Assembly (NCBI GenBank): GCA_044070495.1
Contig: JBIPSI010000008.1
Coordinates: forward strand, 64,001 to 128,000
Direction: 5' to 3'
Origin: Spirulina sp.
Lineage (GTDB): Bacteria > Cyanobacteriota > Cyanobacteriia > Phormidesmidales > Phormidesmidaceae
Length of the DNA stretch: 64,000 nt
In this document: in pieces, positions 1 through 8,902 of the stretch
Numbering within the stretch: position 1 is the stretch's first letter
Layout of the letters: each line of letters starts with the position of its first letter
Notes under the pieces: generated by a model
Told to the model about the DNA's origin: nothing
What the model saw: only the letters and a program-made list of their open reading frames with translations
Databases searched by the model: none
Program-made: the position numbers and the translations under genes

Positions 1-742
1 CAACAACGACCTACTCAACCTGATCGGCACGGATCGGGGACTGCGGTTCGCCGCCAATGCCGCAACGGTGGAAGCCCTGTTCCAGGAGGCCGCCACCCAG
101 GCCGCTCAGTATCGGGTAGAAACCTTGGTATCCCAAGCCTTTCGCCTGCGTCGAGACTACCAAGGGGCACAACTGGAACGACAGCAAACCGTCCTCGATC
201 TGCGCTTGGCAGAAGACGCCCTGCGCTGGCAGGTCAATGCCGTGGCCGGGGGCAACCTGGGCGATCTCTCCCGCACCAGCCTGGGCCTGATCGCCACCCG
301 CACCTTCGAGGAACCCGATCTCGAAACCAACCGCCTGCGCCGCACCATCACCCTGCAACAGCAAGACAACAGCCTCGTGCAACAGGAAGAAGAAATTCGC
401 AACGATGTGGCCGCCCGTTTTGCCGATGTTCAGAGTGCCCAGCTTCAGGTAGAAGCTGCCGAACGGGCCACCGCCAGCGCCCGAAGCCAACTGGAGGCCA
501 CCCAGGAACGGTACCGCCTCGGTCGGGACAACATCAGCCTATCCGACCTGATCGACCAGGAGGAACGACTCGTCACCGCTGAAACCAATGCCCTAGAAGC
601 CCGCATTGCCTTCCTCAACAGCATGGCCGCCCTAGATCAAACCGTCGGCCTCACCCTTGACCGCTGGGCCACCCAAGTCGCCCAATCTCCCCTAGGTCAA
701 GAACTGGGCTACGGCCTGCCGCGCCCTAGGGATTCTGAGTAA
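1..742 (+). CDS. TolC-family outer membrane efflux protein, 5'-truncated by the window edge
   Basis: Frame is open from base 2 to TAA at 740-742. Helical OEP-like sequence, e.g. QLEATQERYRLGR...DLIDQEERLVTAETNALEARIAFLNSMAALDQTVG. Confidence 0.8.
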   Translation, partial: NNDLLNLIGTDRGLRFAANAATVEALFQEAATQAAQYRVETLVSQAFRLRRDYQGAQLERQQTVLDLRLAEDALRWQVNAVAGGNLGDLSRTSLGLIATRTFEEPDLETNRLRRTITLQQQDNSLVQQEEEIRNDVAARFADVQSAQLQVEAAERATASARSQLEATQERYRLGRDNISLSDLIDQEERLVTAETNALEARIAFLNSMAALDQTVGLTLDRWATQVAQSPLGQELGYGLPRPRDSE

Positions 743-1299
743 CGATTGACGCCGAAGGTTGCGAAGCATCGTGCTGGTGCCCACCGTCAAGGCTTTCTAG
801 ACAAGCTGAGGAACCCAAGTTTTGATCGGCCAGGTTAGGAGAGATTTTGCTCGTTTCAACGATCCGATAAGCGCCGTTATGGAAGAGATATAGTCGTTCA
901 TTATAAGAACGAGACAAGCTAAGCAGGGAGAATCTTACACAAGTAGGCTTTATAGATTCTCAAGCTTAATTAGAGTGACTATAAACGGTCAAGCGGCCAC
1001 GATCATAAATTCAAACCTCAGGAACTTGCAAAATTGCGTAAGCCTCCAACGTTGTTCTGGAGATAACGTCCGCTTCAATGGCGAGATCCGGCGGTGGATC
1101 GGTGTCCATATCCATCCGCATCAGGGCGCGTACTCGTGCGGCATTTTCAATAGTTAATCCTAGGAACGCGGCGATCTTCCCCTGACTCGGCGTATAGGGT
1201 CTCGTATTGCTCCCAGGTAACATCGTTGATCAACAGGTGGCTACCCGGTGACAGGTCAATGGTAGTGATGGGAAGTTTGACCAAGTTGAGCACAGTCAT
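740..1299 (-). pseudogene. Uma2-family (DUF820) endonuclease pseudogene
   Basis: ATG at 1299 gives MTVLNLVKLPITTIDLSPGSHLLINDVTWEQYETLYAESGEDRRVPRINY*. Another frame continues IENAARVRALMRMDMDTDPPPDLAIEADVISRTTLEAYAILQVPEV*IYDRGRLTVY, and C-terminal pieces read YLFHNGAY and VPQLV*KALTVGTSTMLR. Shows an internal deletion, two nonsense codons, a frameshift and an insertion. Confidence 0.85.
891..981. mobile_element. 91-bp miniature inverted-repeat element (MITE-like, TA target duplication)
   Basis: Ends TAGTCGTTCATTATAAG and CTTAATTAGAGTGACTA are imperfect inverted repeats, flanked by TA at 889-890 and 982-983. Removing the element and one TA restores the Uma2 frame (TVYLFHNGAY). Confidence 0.8.
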
Positions 1300-1526
1300 C
1301 GGGGATCCCTAGGTTTTGGAGTGGGCTTAGCTCCATTGTAAACAACGCCTAGAATGGTTCGGCCTTGATTATTTGCGAATACTAGAATGGCATCTTCCAC
1401 GGGCACTATCCCAAAACCATCGCCGACGCCGGGGAATCCCATGGTCAGCAGGATAGATTAGCAAAGCGTCATCCATGCGGCAAGGGAATTTTTGCGAGAG
1501 GCCATTAAATAGAATTGATGAGAATT

Positions 1527-1556
1527 GATGCGTTACGCTGGCGTAACGCATCCTAC
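1527..1556 (-). repeat. GTAG-type REP-like palindrome
   Basis: GATGCGTTACGC-TG-GCGTAACGCATC is a perfect 12-bp stem followed by CTAC (GTAG on the minus strand), just after the stop of the 1562-2095 gene. Confidence 0.75.
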
Positions 1557-1561
1557 GGACT

Positions 1562-2095
1562 CTAGTCGTCATCCATGAGAGCCTGCATAGCAGATTGAAG
1601 ACTGCATTCGCTCGTCACAACCGAGTCAATAAGCACACTCATAGAGTCGAGAGTAAACATCCACAGCAGTAATGTTTCGAGGAACTCTTCCGGGTCAATT
1701 CCCCTGGATTTACCTAGAGCATTAACATACTTAAAAACAACTTGGTTCTGAGAATCCAGGCAAAAGCTACCTAGGGGAATCTTTAAGTTAATGGTCGGCA
1801 ATAGCTCAATAATTGCTGAGCGGCTCAAGTCGTCTTCTAATTTTATAGGTGTTTCACAATAAAACTGGAGTAGCTTTAGCGTTTCCACATCCGATTCGTC
1901 TAGCGGGATGAAGATGAGGCTAGCAATTCTAGATCGTCCTTTTGCGTCCGCTTCAAGCTCAATGGCTAAGGTGGTGATAGGCACCTCGGACGAACAAGGT
2001 AAAACCTGACTATTGAGATCCAATTCTGATTTAATCGCCGCTTCTAGTTGCTGAAGTTCAAAGAGGCTTCTAGCCTCATTCATGGCATCACTCAT
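1562..2095 (-). CDS. YbjN / type III secretion chaperone-like small acidic protein, putative chaperone or immunity partner of the upstream DUF4157 protein
   Basis: 177 aa, acidic, with pattern LLQFY...IIELLPTINLKIPLGSFCLDSQNQVVFKY and a C-terminal amphipathic helix. Has a GAGG RBS and starts 44 nt after the DUF4157 stop. Confidence 0.6.
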   Translation of the reverse strand: MSDAMNEARSLFELQQLEAAIKSELDLNSQVLPCSSEVPITTLAIELEADAKGRSRIASLIFIPLDESDVETLKLLQFYCETPIKLEDDLSRSAIIELLPTINLKIPLGSFCLDSQNQVVFKYVNALGKSRGIDPEEFLETLLLWMFTLDSMSVLIDSVVTSECSLQSAMQALMDDD

Positions 2096-2139
2096 TGGAA
2101 TTTTACCTCTAGTTTAATGTGAGATTTTATCGGTAGTAG

Positions 2140-4896
2140 CTAGCGTTTTTTCATGGCTTCAACGAGCATCTCGACTTGCTCTTTTGGGTTATGTCTCTCA
2201 GCCAACCACATTCCGTAGTTAACGCCAGTGGCACGAATAAGTTGTTCGGTCTGGTCTGCCTTCGCTGTATCGCCTGGTTTTAGCGTGGCAACTTGTTGAT
2301 AAATAAATTTGGCATGACCAACATATTCCCTATGTTTATTTTGAGAAGACTTCTTGTCTGACCCATCTCCTGAATCGCGATATATTTTCTGAATAAATTT
2401 GGCACTACTATGACCAACCCTATAGGCTCCTGCTCCAAGTTTAATGCTTTGCCCGATGGCGGCACCAATTCCTGTTGCGCCAACCGCAATGGTGGTAATA
2501 TCGCCCGCCATACTAACTAGTTCTAAGATGACATCCGTCCATCCACTGGTTTTCCTCTTCTTATTAATCTCAGACATCTTATCGGCATACTCATAGGTAT
2601 CAATCTGTTGATCAACATCTTCTAGAGGTTTTACGGTATTATCTCGGAACTCTACGACCGTGCGGGGGGTTCCGGTTAAGTCTTCAAGCTTTTTCTTAAC
2701 CTCTGCATTGAGGGTGGAGCTAGTAATCTTCGCTTTTACGGCGACATGTGCCCTCTTAGCAACGGAACGATCTTGCCTAGAATCTCTAGCGACATCACCC
2801 AGATTCTTGGATCTTTCCTGTGCTAATTCAGAAATTTGCTTGATCGATTCTCGCACATCCTTTTTAATGCGGAAGTAGGTTTTGTAGTTAGGGAAGGTAC
2901 CTCGTCTATCCTTATCAAATACCTTAGAGTCTTTAACATTATCCTCAGTGGGAACAGTATCTCCCAGGGTGCTGGCAAGGGTTATTCTTAATGGACTGGC
3001 TAATTGTCCCATGCTGCTCTTGGTTTTGTCGGCTGTAATCGCATCCCAAAGTCGGACTAGCGCATTAATAGCCGATACTCCAATCGATAGGGCTGGCACT
3101 GTATAGACAACTGACATAGGAATGCCCTTGCCAATAATATCGTAGGCTGACTTCGCAACCTTGGCTGCGCTAGCGGCTGCATTGGTAAAGGATTGAAAGG
3201 TAACCAGGGCATCTTTCTTTTTTTCATCGCTCTGCGATTTAAATAGACGATAAATACCAATAATGCCAAGGGCAGCATCCTTAACGGCGCTCAATCCATC
3301 AGCAATCGCACCTGTAACTTTTCCAGCCACATCTGATTTCCCGACTCCTTTTTCAGAACCACTTATCTTAGCAATTGAATCTACGATTTTCGTTGAGCCT
3401 GAGGTTGCTTTGCCGAGTGACTGAACAAATCCGAAGCCAGCGGCAAAGTTATCCCAAGCACTTTTGTCTTTACTAATTGCCTGGAAATTCGCTGCAAGGC
3501 CCAGCAATCCAGAAAAAGTATCTCCTACACCAGCGGTAATATCCAACCCTGTTTTAGCCGTTGTACTGCCTGATGAGGCATCTTCCCTATCATGCAATCT
3601 ACCATCTTTAATCGTCTTCAGAGACGATTGCTCTATAGTTCCTGCCGAACCATCAAAAAAACCACCTGCTGTATCTGTTGTATTTTGTCCAACCTCGAAT
3701 GAGTCACTTTGAAACTTTGGATCAGTGACCCCTGTTAGGGTACGCTTTAAAACAATTTTGCTTTTGCGTAAATAGCCATCTTTGCCAGCGGCCTTGGCTT
3801 TCGTCCACTCCCCTATCGTAGCGGTCTCATCGGCTTCTACCTCATCTCCAGACCTTAGCTTTTTCCCACCTGATACGGTTCCCTTATCCTTTCCTGTGGT
3901 TGGATCAATGCGATGAAGCTGGGCTGTATCGTTGACGTAGGCTACTTCAAAGGCCGCCTGAATAGAAGGAGGCACATTAGAGGAAGTGGAAGGTTTTGGG
4001 AGGATAGAACCCATTGACATCTCTAACCTATTTTGTGGGATGTTAGGTTCTTGGATCGCATCTGAGTTCAAGTTTCCAGAAGCCCCAGATCGCTGCACTG
4101 TTGCCCCCTTCTGCTGCACCACATGGGTTAATTCATGGGCAATTAATTCCTGACCTCCACGGCTTCCCGGTTGATAGGCTCCTTGGCGGAAGAAAATATC
4201 CTGCCCTGTGGTAAAGGCTTTGGCTTGAATGGATCGGTTCAGTTGGTCGGATTGGCTATCGGTATGAATCCGCACATTGCTAAAGTCGGCCCCCATGGCG
4301 TGGCCTATTTTGGCTTGCAAATCGGGTGCGAGGGCTTGGCCGCTGCCCCTGGCTTGTTGAATGCCTGTTTCTAAATAGGGAGAAGCCTCTCCTGCTACAA
4401 TCTGGCCAAGCGATGCCGGCTTCATTTGCAGTTCGTCTTCCTCGGTCATCTCCAGCCGTTGAAGCATGGGCTGCATTTGCAGTTCGTCTTCTTCCAGGGC
4501 CTTGCGCTGCAAGAGGGGCTTCATTTGCAGTTCGTCTTCCTCGGGCATGGCTAGCCGCTGGACAGCCGGGGAAGGGTGGGCTGGGTTGGCACTGGGTGCA
4601 TGGATGTGCTGCACCACCTGGCTAGCCACGCGGTCAGCCTCTTGTTCGTAGGGATCGTTAGGCGCACCGATGGTGAGCTTGGGTTGAATCGGTTGCCTAC
4701 TGGTGCCGCTTGGGTCTTGGATGGTAAAGGTATGGAAAGACACCTCAGGAGCGGCACCTATGGAGTTTGGGGACAGGGCCTCTGGGGCGGTCTGGGCCTC
4801 GGGGACTGGCGCGAAGGGGCGAGGCTGAAAAGGGTCTGGGATATGGCCTTTCGGAGTTGGAGAAGATTGTTTTTTTCGAGAGAGGTTATCTTTCAT
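2140..4896 (-). CDS. DUF4157 (eCIS core domain) protein with SH3-like segment and Gly/Ala-rich hydrophobic helical C-terminus, putative toxin/cargo
   Basis: QPKLTIGAPNDPYEQEADRVA, three EEDELQM repeats, and GSGQAL...MGADFSNVRIHTD...AKAFTTGQDIFF...LIAHELTHVVQQ (DUF4157 with HExxH). Confidence 0.85.
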   Translation of the reverse strand: MKDNLSRKKQSSPTPKGHIPDPFQPRPFAPVPEAQTAPEALSPNSIGAAPEVSFHTFTIQDPSGTSRQPIQPKLTIGAPNDPYEQEADRVASQVVQHIHAPSANPAHPSPAVQRLAMPEEDELQMKPLLQRKALEEDELQMQPMLQRLEMTEEDELQMKPASLGQIVAGEASPYLETGIQQARGSGQALAPDLQAKIGHAMGADFSNVRIHTDSQSDQLNRSIQAKAFTTGQDIFFRQGAYQPGSRGGQELIAHELTHVVQQKGATVQRSGASGNLNSDAIQEPNIPQNRLEMSMGSILPKPSTSSNVPPSIQAAFEVAYVNDTAQLHRIDPTTGKDKGTVSGGKKLRSGDEVEADETATIGEWTKAKAAGKDGYLRKSKIVLKRTLTGVTDPKFQSDSFEVGQNTTDTAGGFFDGSAGTIEQSSLKTIKDGRLHDREDASSGSTTAKTGLDITAGVGDTFSGLLGLAANFQAISKDKSAWDNFAAGFGFVQSLGKATSGSTKIVDSIAKISGSEKGVGKSDVAGKVTGAIADGLSAVKDAALGIIGIYRLFKSQSDEKKKDALVTFQSFTNAAASAAKVAKSAYDIIGKGIPMSVVYTVPALSIGVSAINALVRLWDAITADKTKSSMGQLASPLRITLASTLGDTVPTEDNVKDSKVFDKDRRGTFPNYKTYFRIKKDVRESIKQISELAQERSKNLGDVARDSRQDRSVAKRAHVAVKAKITSSTLNAEVKKKLEDLTGTPRTVVEFRDNTVKPLEDVDQQIDTYEYADKMSEINKKRKTSGWTDVILELVSMAGDITTIAVGATGIGAAIGQSIKLGAGAYRVGHSSAKFIQKIYRDSGDGSDKKSSQNKHREYVGHAKFIYQQVATLKPGDTAKADQTEQLIRATGVNYGMWLAERHNPKEQVEMLVEAMKKR
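4418..4545 (-). repeat. Three intragenic repeats encoding EEDELQM(K/Q)P
   Basis: CATTTGCAGTTCGTCTTC occurs three times in 4418-4545. Confidence 0.85.
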
Positions 4897-5067
4897 CGCG
4901 CTTACCTCTAGCCTGCACCGGCCTGATTACCTAGGTTCCCAGCCTCACTATGTCACAGGAGCCTGGGCTTGTTCCTTAGCCAATGGTCGAAGATCTAAAC
5001 AAATTCCCAGGTCGCACAGACCTCCCCCTGGCTGACTAACACAACAGCGAAAAGCCTTGATATCTCA

Positions 5068-5157
5068 CAGGTTGGGCGGCACGATAGGAGAACCCAACAA
5101 GCCCGAAGTCTTTGGCAAGTGCTGGGTTTCGCTTCGCTGCACCTAACCTACTTTGGA
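5068..5157. repeat. REPIN-like inverted doublet of GTAGGTTGGG-type repeats
   Basis: Minus strand reads GTAGGTTAGGTGCAGCGAAGCGAAACCCAGCAC...CTTGTTGGGTTCTCCTATCGTGCCGCCCAACCTG. Related copies are at 41680-41745 and 49621-49678. Confidence 0.75.
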
Positions 5158-5297
5158 GGTATGTCAGGCCATTAGGCCCTACCCTTCTGCCTTATAAGGA
5201 AGCCAGAAAGGGGGAGGGCAGGGATCTAGGTTGATTTTAGGTTCGGTGTTCGGCGGCTGGTTGACTGACAAAACTTGCTAGAACCCATATCCGCCAA

Positions 5298-5358
5298 AGG
5301 GTCAGGAGACCTGACCCTTACATGAACCCGATGCCGTAGGGACGCGGTTTCCGCGTCC
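5298..5358. repeat. Two REP-like hairpins downstream of gdhA
   Basis: AGGGTCAGG-AGA-CCTGACCCT-TAC and GTAG-GGACGCGG-TTT-CCGCGTCC. Confidence 0.65.
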
Positions 5359-5410
5359 GGCGCAGGATCTTTTGTCAGTCAACCAGGTTCGGCGGTCAGC
5401 GACGGTCTCT

Positions 5411-6703
5411 CTAGCGACGATCTACGTAGTCGTCGCGGATACCCTTGGCATTGAGGGCTTCCCCTAGACGGCTGAGGGCATGGACATAGGCGGCGGTGCG
5501 GCCAGAGATCGCTTTTTCCTGGGAAATTTGCCAAATGTGTTCGGCTTCGGCCACCATCATCCCTTGCAGGCGGTGGTTCACCTCCTCCCGCGACCAATAG
5601 AGCCCGCTGCGATTTTGCACCCATTCAAAGTAGCTGACGGTGACGCCCCCGGCGTTGACCAAAATGTCTGGGAAAACGGTGATGCCCTTGTCCTCCAAAA
5701 TCAAATCGGCGTCGGCGGTGATGGGGCCATTAGCGACCTCAAAAATGTAGCGGGCCTGGATTTGGTGGGCATTTTCGGCGGTAATTTGGTTTTCTAGGGC
5801 AGCGGGGATCAAAATATCCACATCCAGGGTCAGCAGTTCTTCGTTGGTGAGGGTGGTGTGATCCTGCACAATATTGCAGACGGTGCCCTCGCAGTAGACC
5901 GCTTGCAGTTTGCGGTGGTTGGCCTTGAAATGCTGAATACTGGGGATATCCAGCCCATGGGGAGAAAACACGCCGCCCTGGGAATCGCTGACCGCCACCA
6001 CCCGATACCCGGCATCAAACAGCAGCCGCGCCACAATGCTGCCCGCATTGCCAAAGCCCTGCACCGCCACCGTGGTCATTTGGGGTCGTTTGCCCACCTT
6101 GGCCATCATTGCCTCGATGACGTTGAATGCGCCCATGCCCGTGGCTGTGTCGCGCCCCTCGCTGCCGCCCATCGTCAGGGGTTTGCCCGTAATCACCGCC
6201 GGACAGTGCTGCCGCCGAATGATGCTGTACTGATCCATCATCCAGCCCATAATCAGGGCGTTGGTGTAGACATCGGGGGCGGGAATATCCACATCGGGGC
6301 CAATGAAATCCGCAATGGCGTCGATGTAGCCCCGGCTCAGCCGCTCTAGCTCAAACTTCGAAAGTTCCTTGGGGTTGACGGTGACGCCACCCTTGCCGCC
6401 GCCCAGGGGCAAATTGAGGGCCGCACATTTAAACGTCATCCAAAAGGCGAGGGACTGCACCTCATCGAGGGTAACGCTGGGATGGTAGCGGATGCCCCCC
6501 TTGGCGGGGCCACGGGTATCGTCGTAGCGCACTCGGTAGCCCTGAAACACCCGCAAACTGCCGTCGTCCATCCGCACCGGAATCGACACCGTGAGGCTGG
6601 CTTTGGGGTAGCGCAGCCGCTCCGAAGCATCCTCGGAAATATTGACGTACTTGAGGGCACGCTCTAGGCGACGGTTAGCATCGGACAGGATGGAGGTGGT
6701 CAT
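5411..6703 (-). CDS. gdhA: Glu/Leu/Phe/Val dehydrogenase (glutamate dehydrogenase)
   Basis: GPAKGGIRYHP, GGGKGG, DIPAPDV, ITGKP, VAVQGFGNAG, NAGGVTVSYFEWVQN. Start placed at MTTSIL (6703). Confidence 0.95.
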   Translation of the reverse strand: MTTSILSDANRRLERALKYVNISEDASERLRYPKASLTVSIPVRMDDGSLRVFQGYRVRYDDTRGPAKGGIRYHPSVTLDEVQSLAFWMTFKCAALNLPLGGGKGGVTVNPKELSKFELERLSRGYIDAIADFIGPDVDIPAPDVYTNALIMGWMMDQYSIIRRQHCPAVITGKPLTMGGSEGRDTATGMGAFNVIEAMMAKVGKRPQMTTVAVQGFGNAGSIVARLLFDAGYRVVAVSDSQGGVFSPHGLDIPSIQHFKANHRKLQAVYCEGTVCNIVQDHTTLTNEELLTLDVDILIPAALENQITAENAHQIQARYIFEVANGPITADADLILEDKGITVFPDILVNAGGVTVSYFEWVQNRSGLYWSREEVNHRLQGMMVAEAEHIWQISQEKAISGRTAAYVHALSRLGEALNAKGIRDDYVDRR

Positions 6704-6846
6704 AAAATCCCTGGAAAGCGTTGGGAAAGCGCCCATTGGAGCCAGATTTAGCCCCCTAGGTTGCCTTCTATCCTCAACATTCCGCGAAACGACCGGCCCC
6801 GCTCCACTCGGCAATAATTTGTATTGTCTGTAACTAAATTAGAAGA

Positions 6847-7941
6847 TCAGGCTTTATAAAAGGGGCGCTTCACCACCTGGGCAGGGCGCTGCTGGCCGCG
6901 AATATCCACCGCTAGGGCTTGCCCGATTTTGGCGAGGGAACTGGGAACGTAGGCCAGGGCAATGGGGGTGTTCAACGTCGGAGACAGTGTGCCGCTGGTG
7001 ACGATACCCACGGGTTCGCCCCCATGGAGAACAGGATAATCGTGGCGGGCAATGTGGCGTTCAGACAAGGACAGCCCCACTAAGCGGCGGGACACCCCTT
7101 CGGATTTCTGCTGCTCTAGGACGGGCCGCCCGATGAAGTCGCCCACTTCGTCGAGGTGAACCAGCCAACCTAGGCCAGCTTCGAGGGGGCTAGTGGTGTC
7201 GTTAATGTCTTGGCCGTAGAGGGCCATGGCGGCCTCTAGGCGCAGGGTATCGCGGGCACCCAGGCCACAGGGGGCAACGCCGGATTCCAGCAGGGTGTCC
7301 CACAATTTCCCAGCAGTGACAGGGTCGAGCATGATCTCAAAGCCGTCTTCCCCGGTGTATCCGGTGCGGGCTAGGAAGGCAGGTTGGCCGAGTACGGTGC
7401 CGTCTAAATGTCCAAAACGTTCGACGACAGACAGATCCTCCTGGACACAAGTTTGCAGAATCGCTACGGCCTTTGGCCCCTGTATCGACAACAACGCAAA
7501 GTCGCTGGATTGATCCACCAGTTCCACCTCAGTTCCGGCGAGATGTTCTAGAAACCAGGCTTTGTCCTTGTCGGTAGTGGCGGCGTTGACGATGGCAAAG
7601 ACCTGTTCGATGCCCGATGCATCCCGATCCTTTAGGTAAATAATCAGGTCGTCGATGATGCCACCTTGGGGATTCAGCAACACCGTATATTGCGCCTTGC
7701 CGGGAGTCAGTCGCCCTAAATTGGAGGGCACCAACCGTTGCAAAGCCGCCAAAACGCCCTGGCCACGAAACAGAATCTTACCCATGTGGGAAATGTCAAA
7801 CAGCCCCGCCTGGGTGCGGACGGCCTCATGTTCCTGCTTGATGCCGCCAAACTGCACAGGCATTTCCCAACCGGCAAACTCGGTCATCCGGGCCTTCAGG
7901 TCTAGGCAGCGGGAATAGAGGGGCGTTTGACGCAGGGACAT
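6847..7941 (-). CDS. gcvT: Glycine cleavage system aminomethyltransferase T
   Basis: LRQTPLY, FAGWEMPVQF, GLFDISHMG, RTGYTGEDGFE, GLGARDTLRLEA. Confidence 0.97.
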   Translation of the reverse strand: MSLRQTPLYSRCLDLKARMTEFAGWEMPVQFGGIKQEHEAVRTQAGLFDISHMGKILFRGQGVLAALQRLVPSNLGRLTPGKAQYTVLLNPQGGIIDDLIIYLKDRDASGIEQVFAIVNAATTDKDKAWFLEHLAGTEVELVDQSSDFALLSIQGPKAVAILQTCVQEDLSVVERFGHLDGTVLGQPAFLARTGYTGEDGFEIMLDPVTAGKLWDTLLESGVAPCGLGARDTLRLEAAMALYGQDINDTTSPLEAGLGWLVHLDEVGDFIGRPVLEQQKSEGVSRRLVGLSLSERHIARHDYPVLHGGEPVGIVTSGTLSPTLNTPIALAYVPSSLAKIGQALAVDIRGQQRPAQVVKRPFYKA

Positions 7942-8020
7942 AACAATACGTTCACTGGATGATTAAGCTAGTATACCGACTATTTTTAGAAGATGAAGAT
8001 AGCGGGGGAGCAATCCAGAT

Positions 8021-8782
8021 ATGAAATTCACACCTAGCGCCAGTGACTATGACATGGAAGATGTAAAAAATGCTATGAGGGTAGAAGAGATTATTGGGGG
8101 CAGTGAGTTTCCAGATTTACTGAAATATACTAGAAGTTGCAACTTTAAGTGTGAGTACGCATGGATTCGTGAGTTTCTTATAGAATCTGACAAAATTCTC
8201 AAAGCAATGAGCAAGCCAAGCGATCCTTTTCAGTCTTCCTTCCCAGAAACTGCTATGTCCACCGCTATTCTTGGGCCAATGATGAGATTGCTTGGTTTTT
8301 ATGGTAACGGCTTGATAGTTCTTCATGAGGCACCAGTGAACTTCAGTCTAATGGGTGATTCTTATTCAAGAACAATTGAAGGATTCGATTTATATGAAAA
8401 CGAGGAAAAGCATTCAGTAGAAGGGAAAATCGACTTCCTAATTCTTTCTTCTGAATCTGAGAGAAAAACTGAAGAAATAGAAATTACTAGCCCCAGTGGA
8501 CTGAATTACCTAAGTTTACGCAAATGGGAACTAGGGATAGAGGTAAAGAAGTGCGGAGAAAATAATCTATCCAAACACGTTAGTCAACTACTCTTATACA
8601 TGAATGTCAATATAAATCTCGAAACACCAAAGTACGGATTATTGACTAACGGAAATGAAAATATATTAATTAAGCTATTCAGAGACTCATCGCAAAAGAA
8701 ATGTTACAGCCTTTTTGAGGCGAAGGGAGTAGGATATCTATTTTATATCTTAAAGTTTTTCAGATTTCGTGAACATTTATAG
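8021..8782 (+). CDS. AT-rich PD-(D/E)XK nuclease-like protein (type I restriction HsdR N-terminal-like)
   Basis: EGKIDFLI...IEVKK...QLLLYM...YGLLTNG pattern. Visibly lower GC than its neighbours. Confidence 0.65.
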   Translation: MKFTPSASDYDMEDVKNAMRVEEIIGGSEFPDLLKYTRSCNFKCEYAWIREFLIESDKILKAMSKPSDPFQSSFPETAMSTAILGPMMRLLGFYGNGLIVLHEAPVNFSLMGDSYSRTIEGFDLYENEEKHSVEGKIDFLILSSESERKTEEIEITSPSGLNYLSLRKWELGIEVKKCGENNLSKHVSQLLLYMNVNINLETPKYGLLTNGNENILIKLFRDSSQKKCYSLFEAKGVGYLFYILKFFRFREHL

Positions 8783-8849
8783 TCATCCTAATTAAGTTTG
8801 AAAACCTGAAAGGCTTGCTAGGTTGAGGTTTTCAGCATTTAGCTTGTCT
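8780..8849 (+). mobile_element. Partial second copy of the MITE-like element
   Basis: Gap-free hand alignment to the reverse complement of 891-981 gives 49/70 identities. Preceded by TA. Right end is degenerate. Confidence 0.7.
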
Positions 8850-8902
8850 GAGGAGTAAAGGCTGACATAAAACCCTGAACATCCACTCACCCCTAAGCAC
8901 TC

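Noticed and set aside
1369..1572. 67-aa ORF
   Set aside because: Runs through a REP palindrome and has no recognisable motif.
6821..6834. NtcA-like box GTA-N8-AAC upstream of gdhA
   Set aside because: One mismatch to GTA-N8-TAC and no -10 element at the expected spacing, so not supportable alone.
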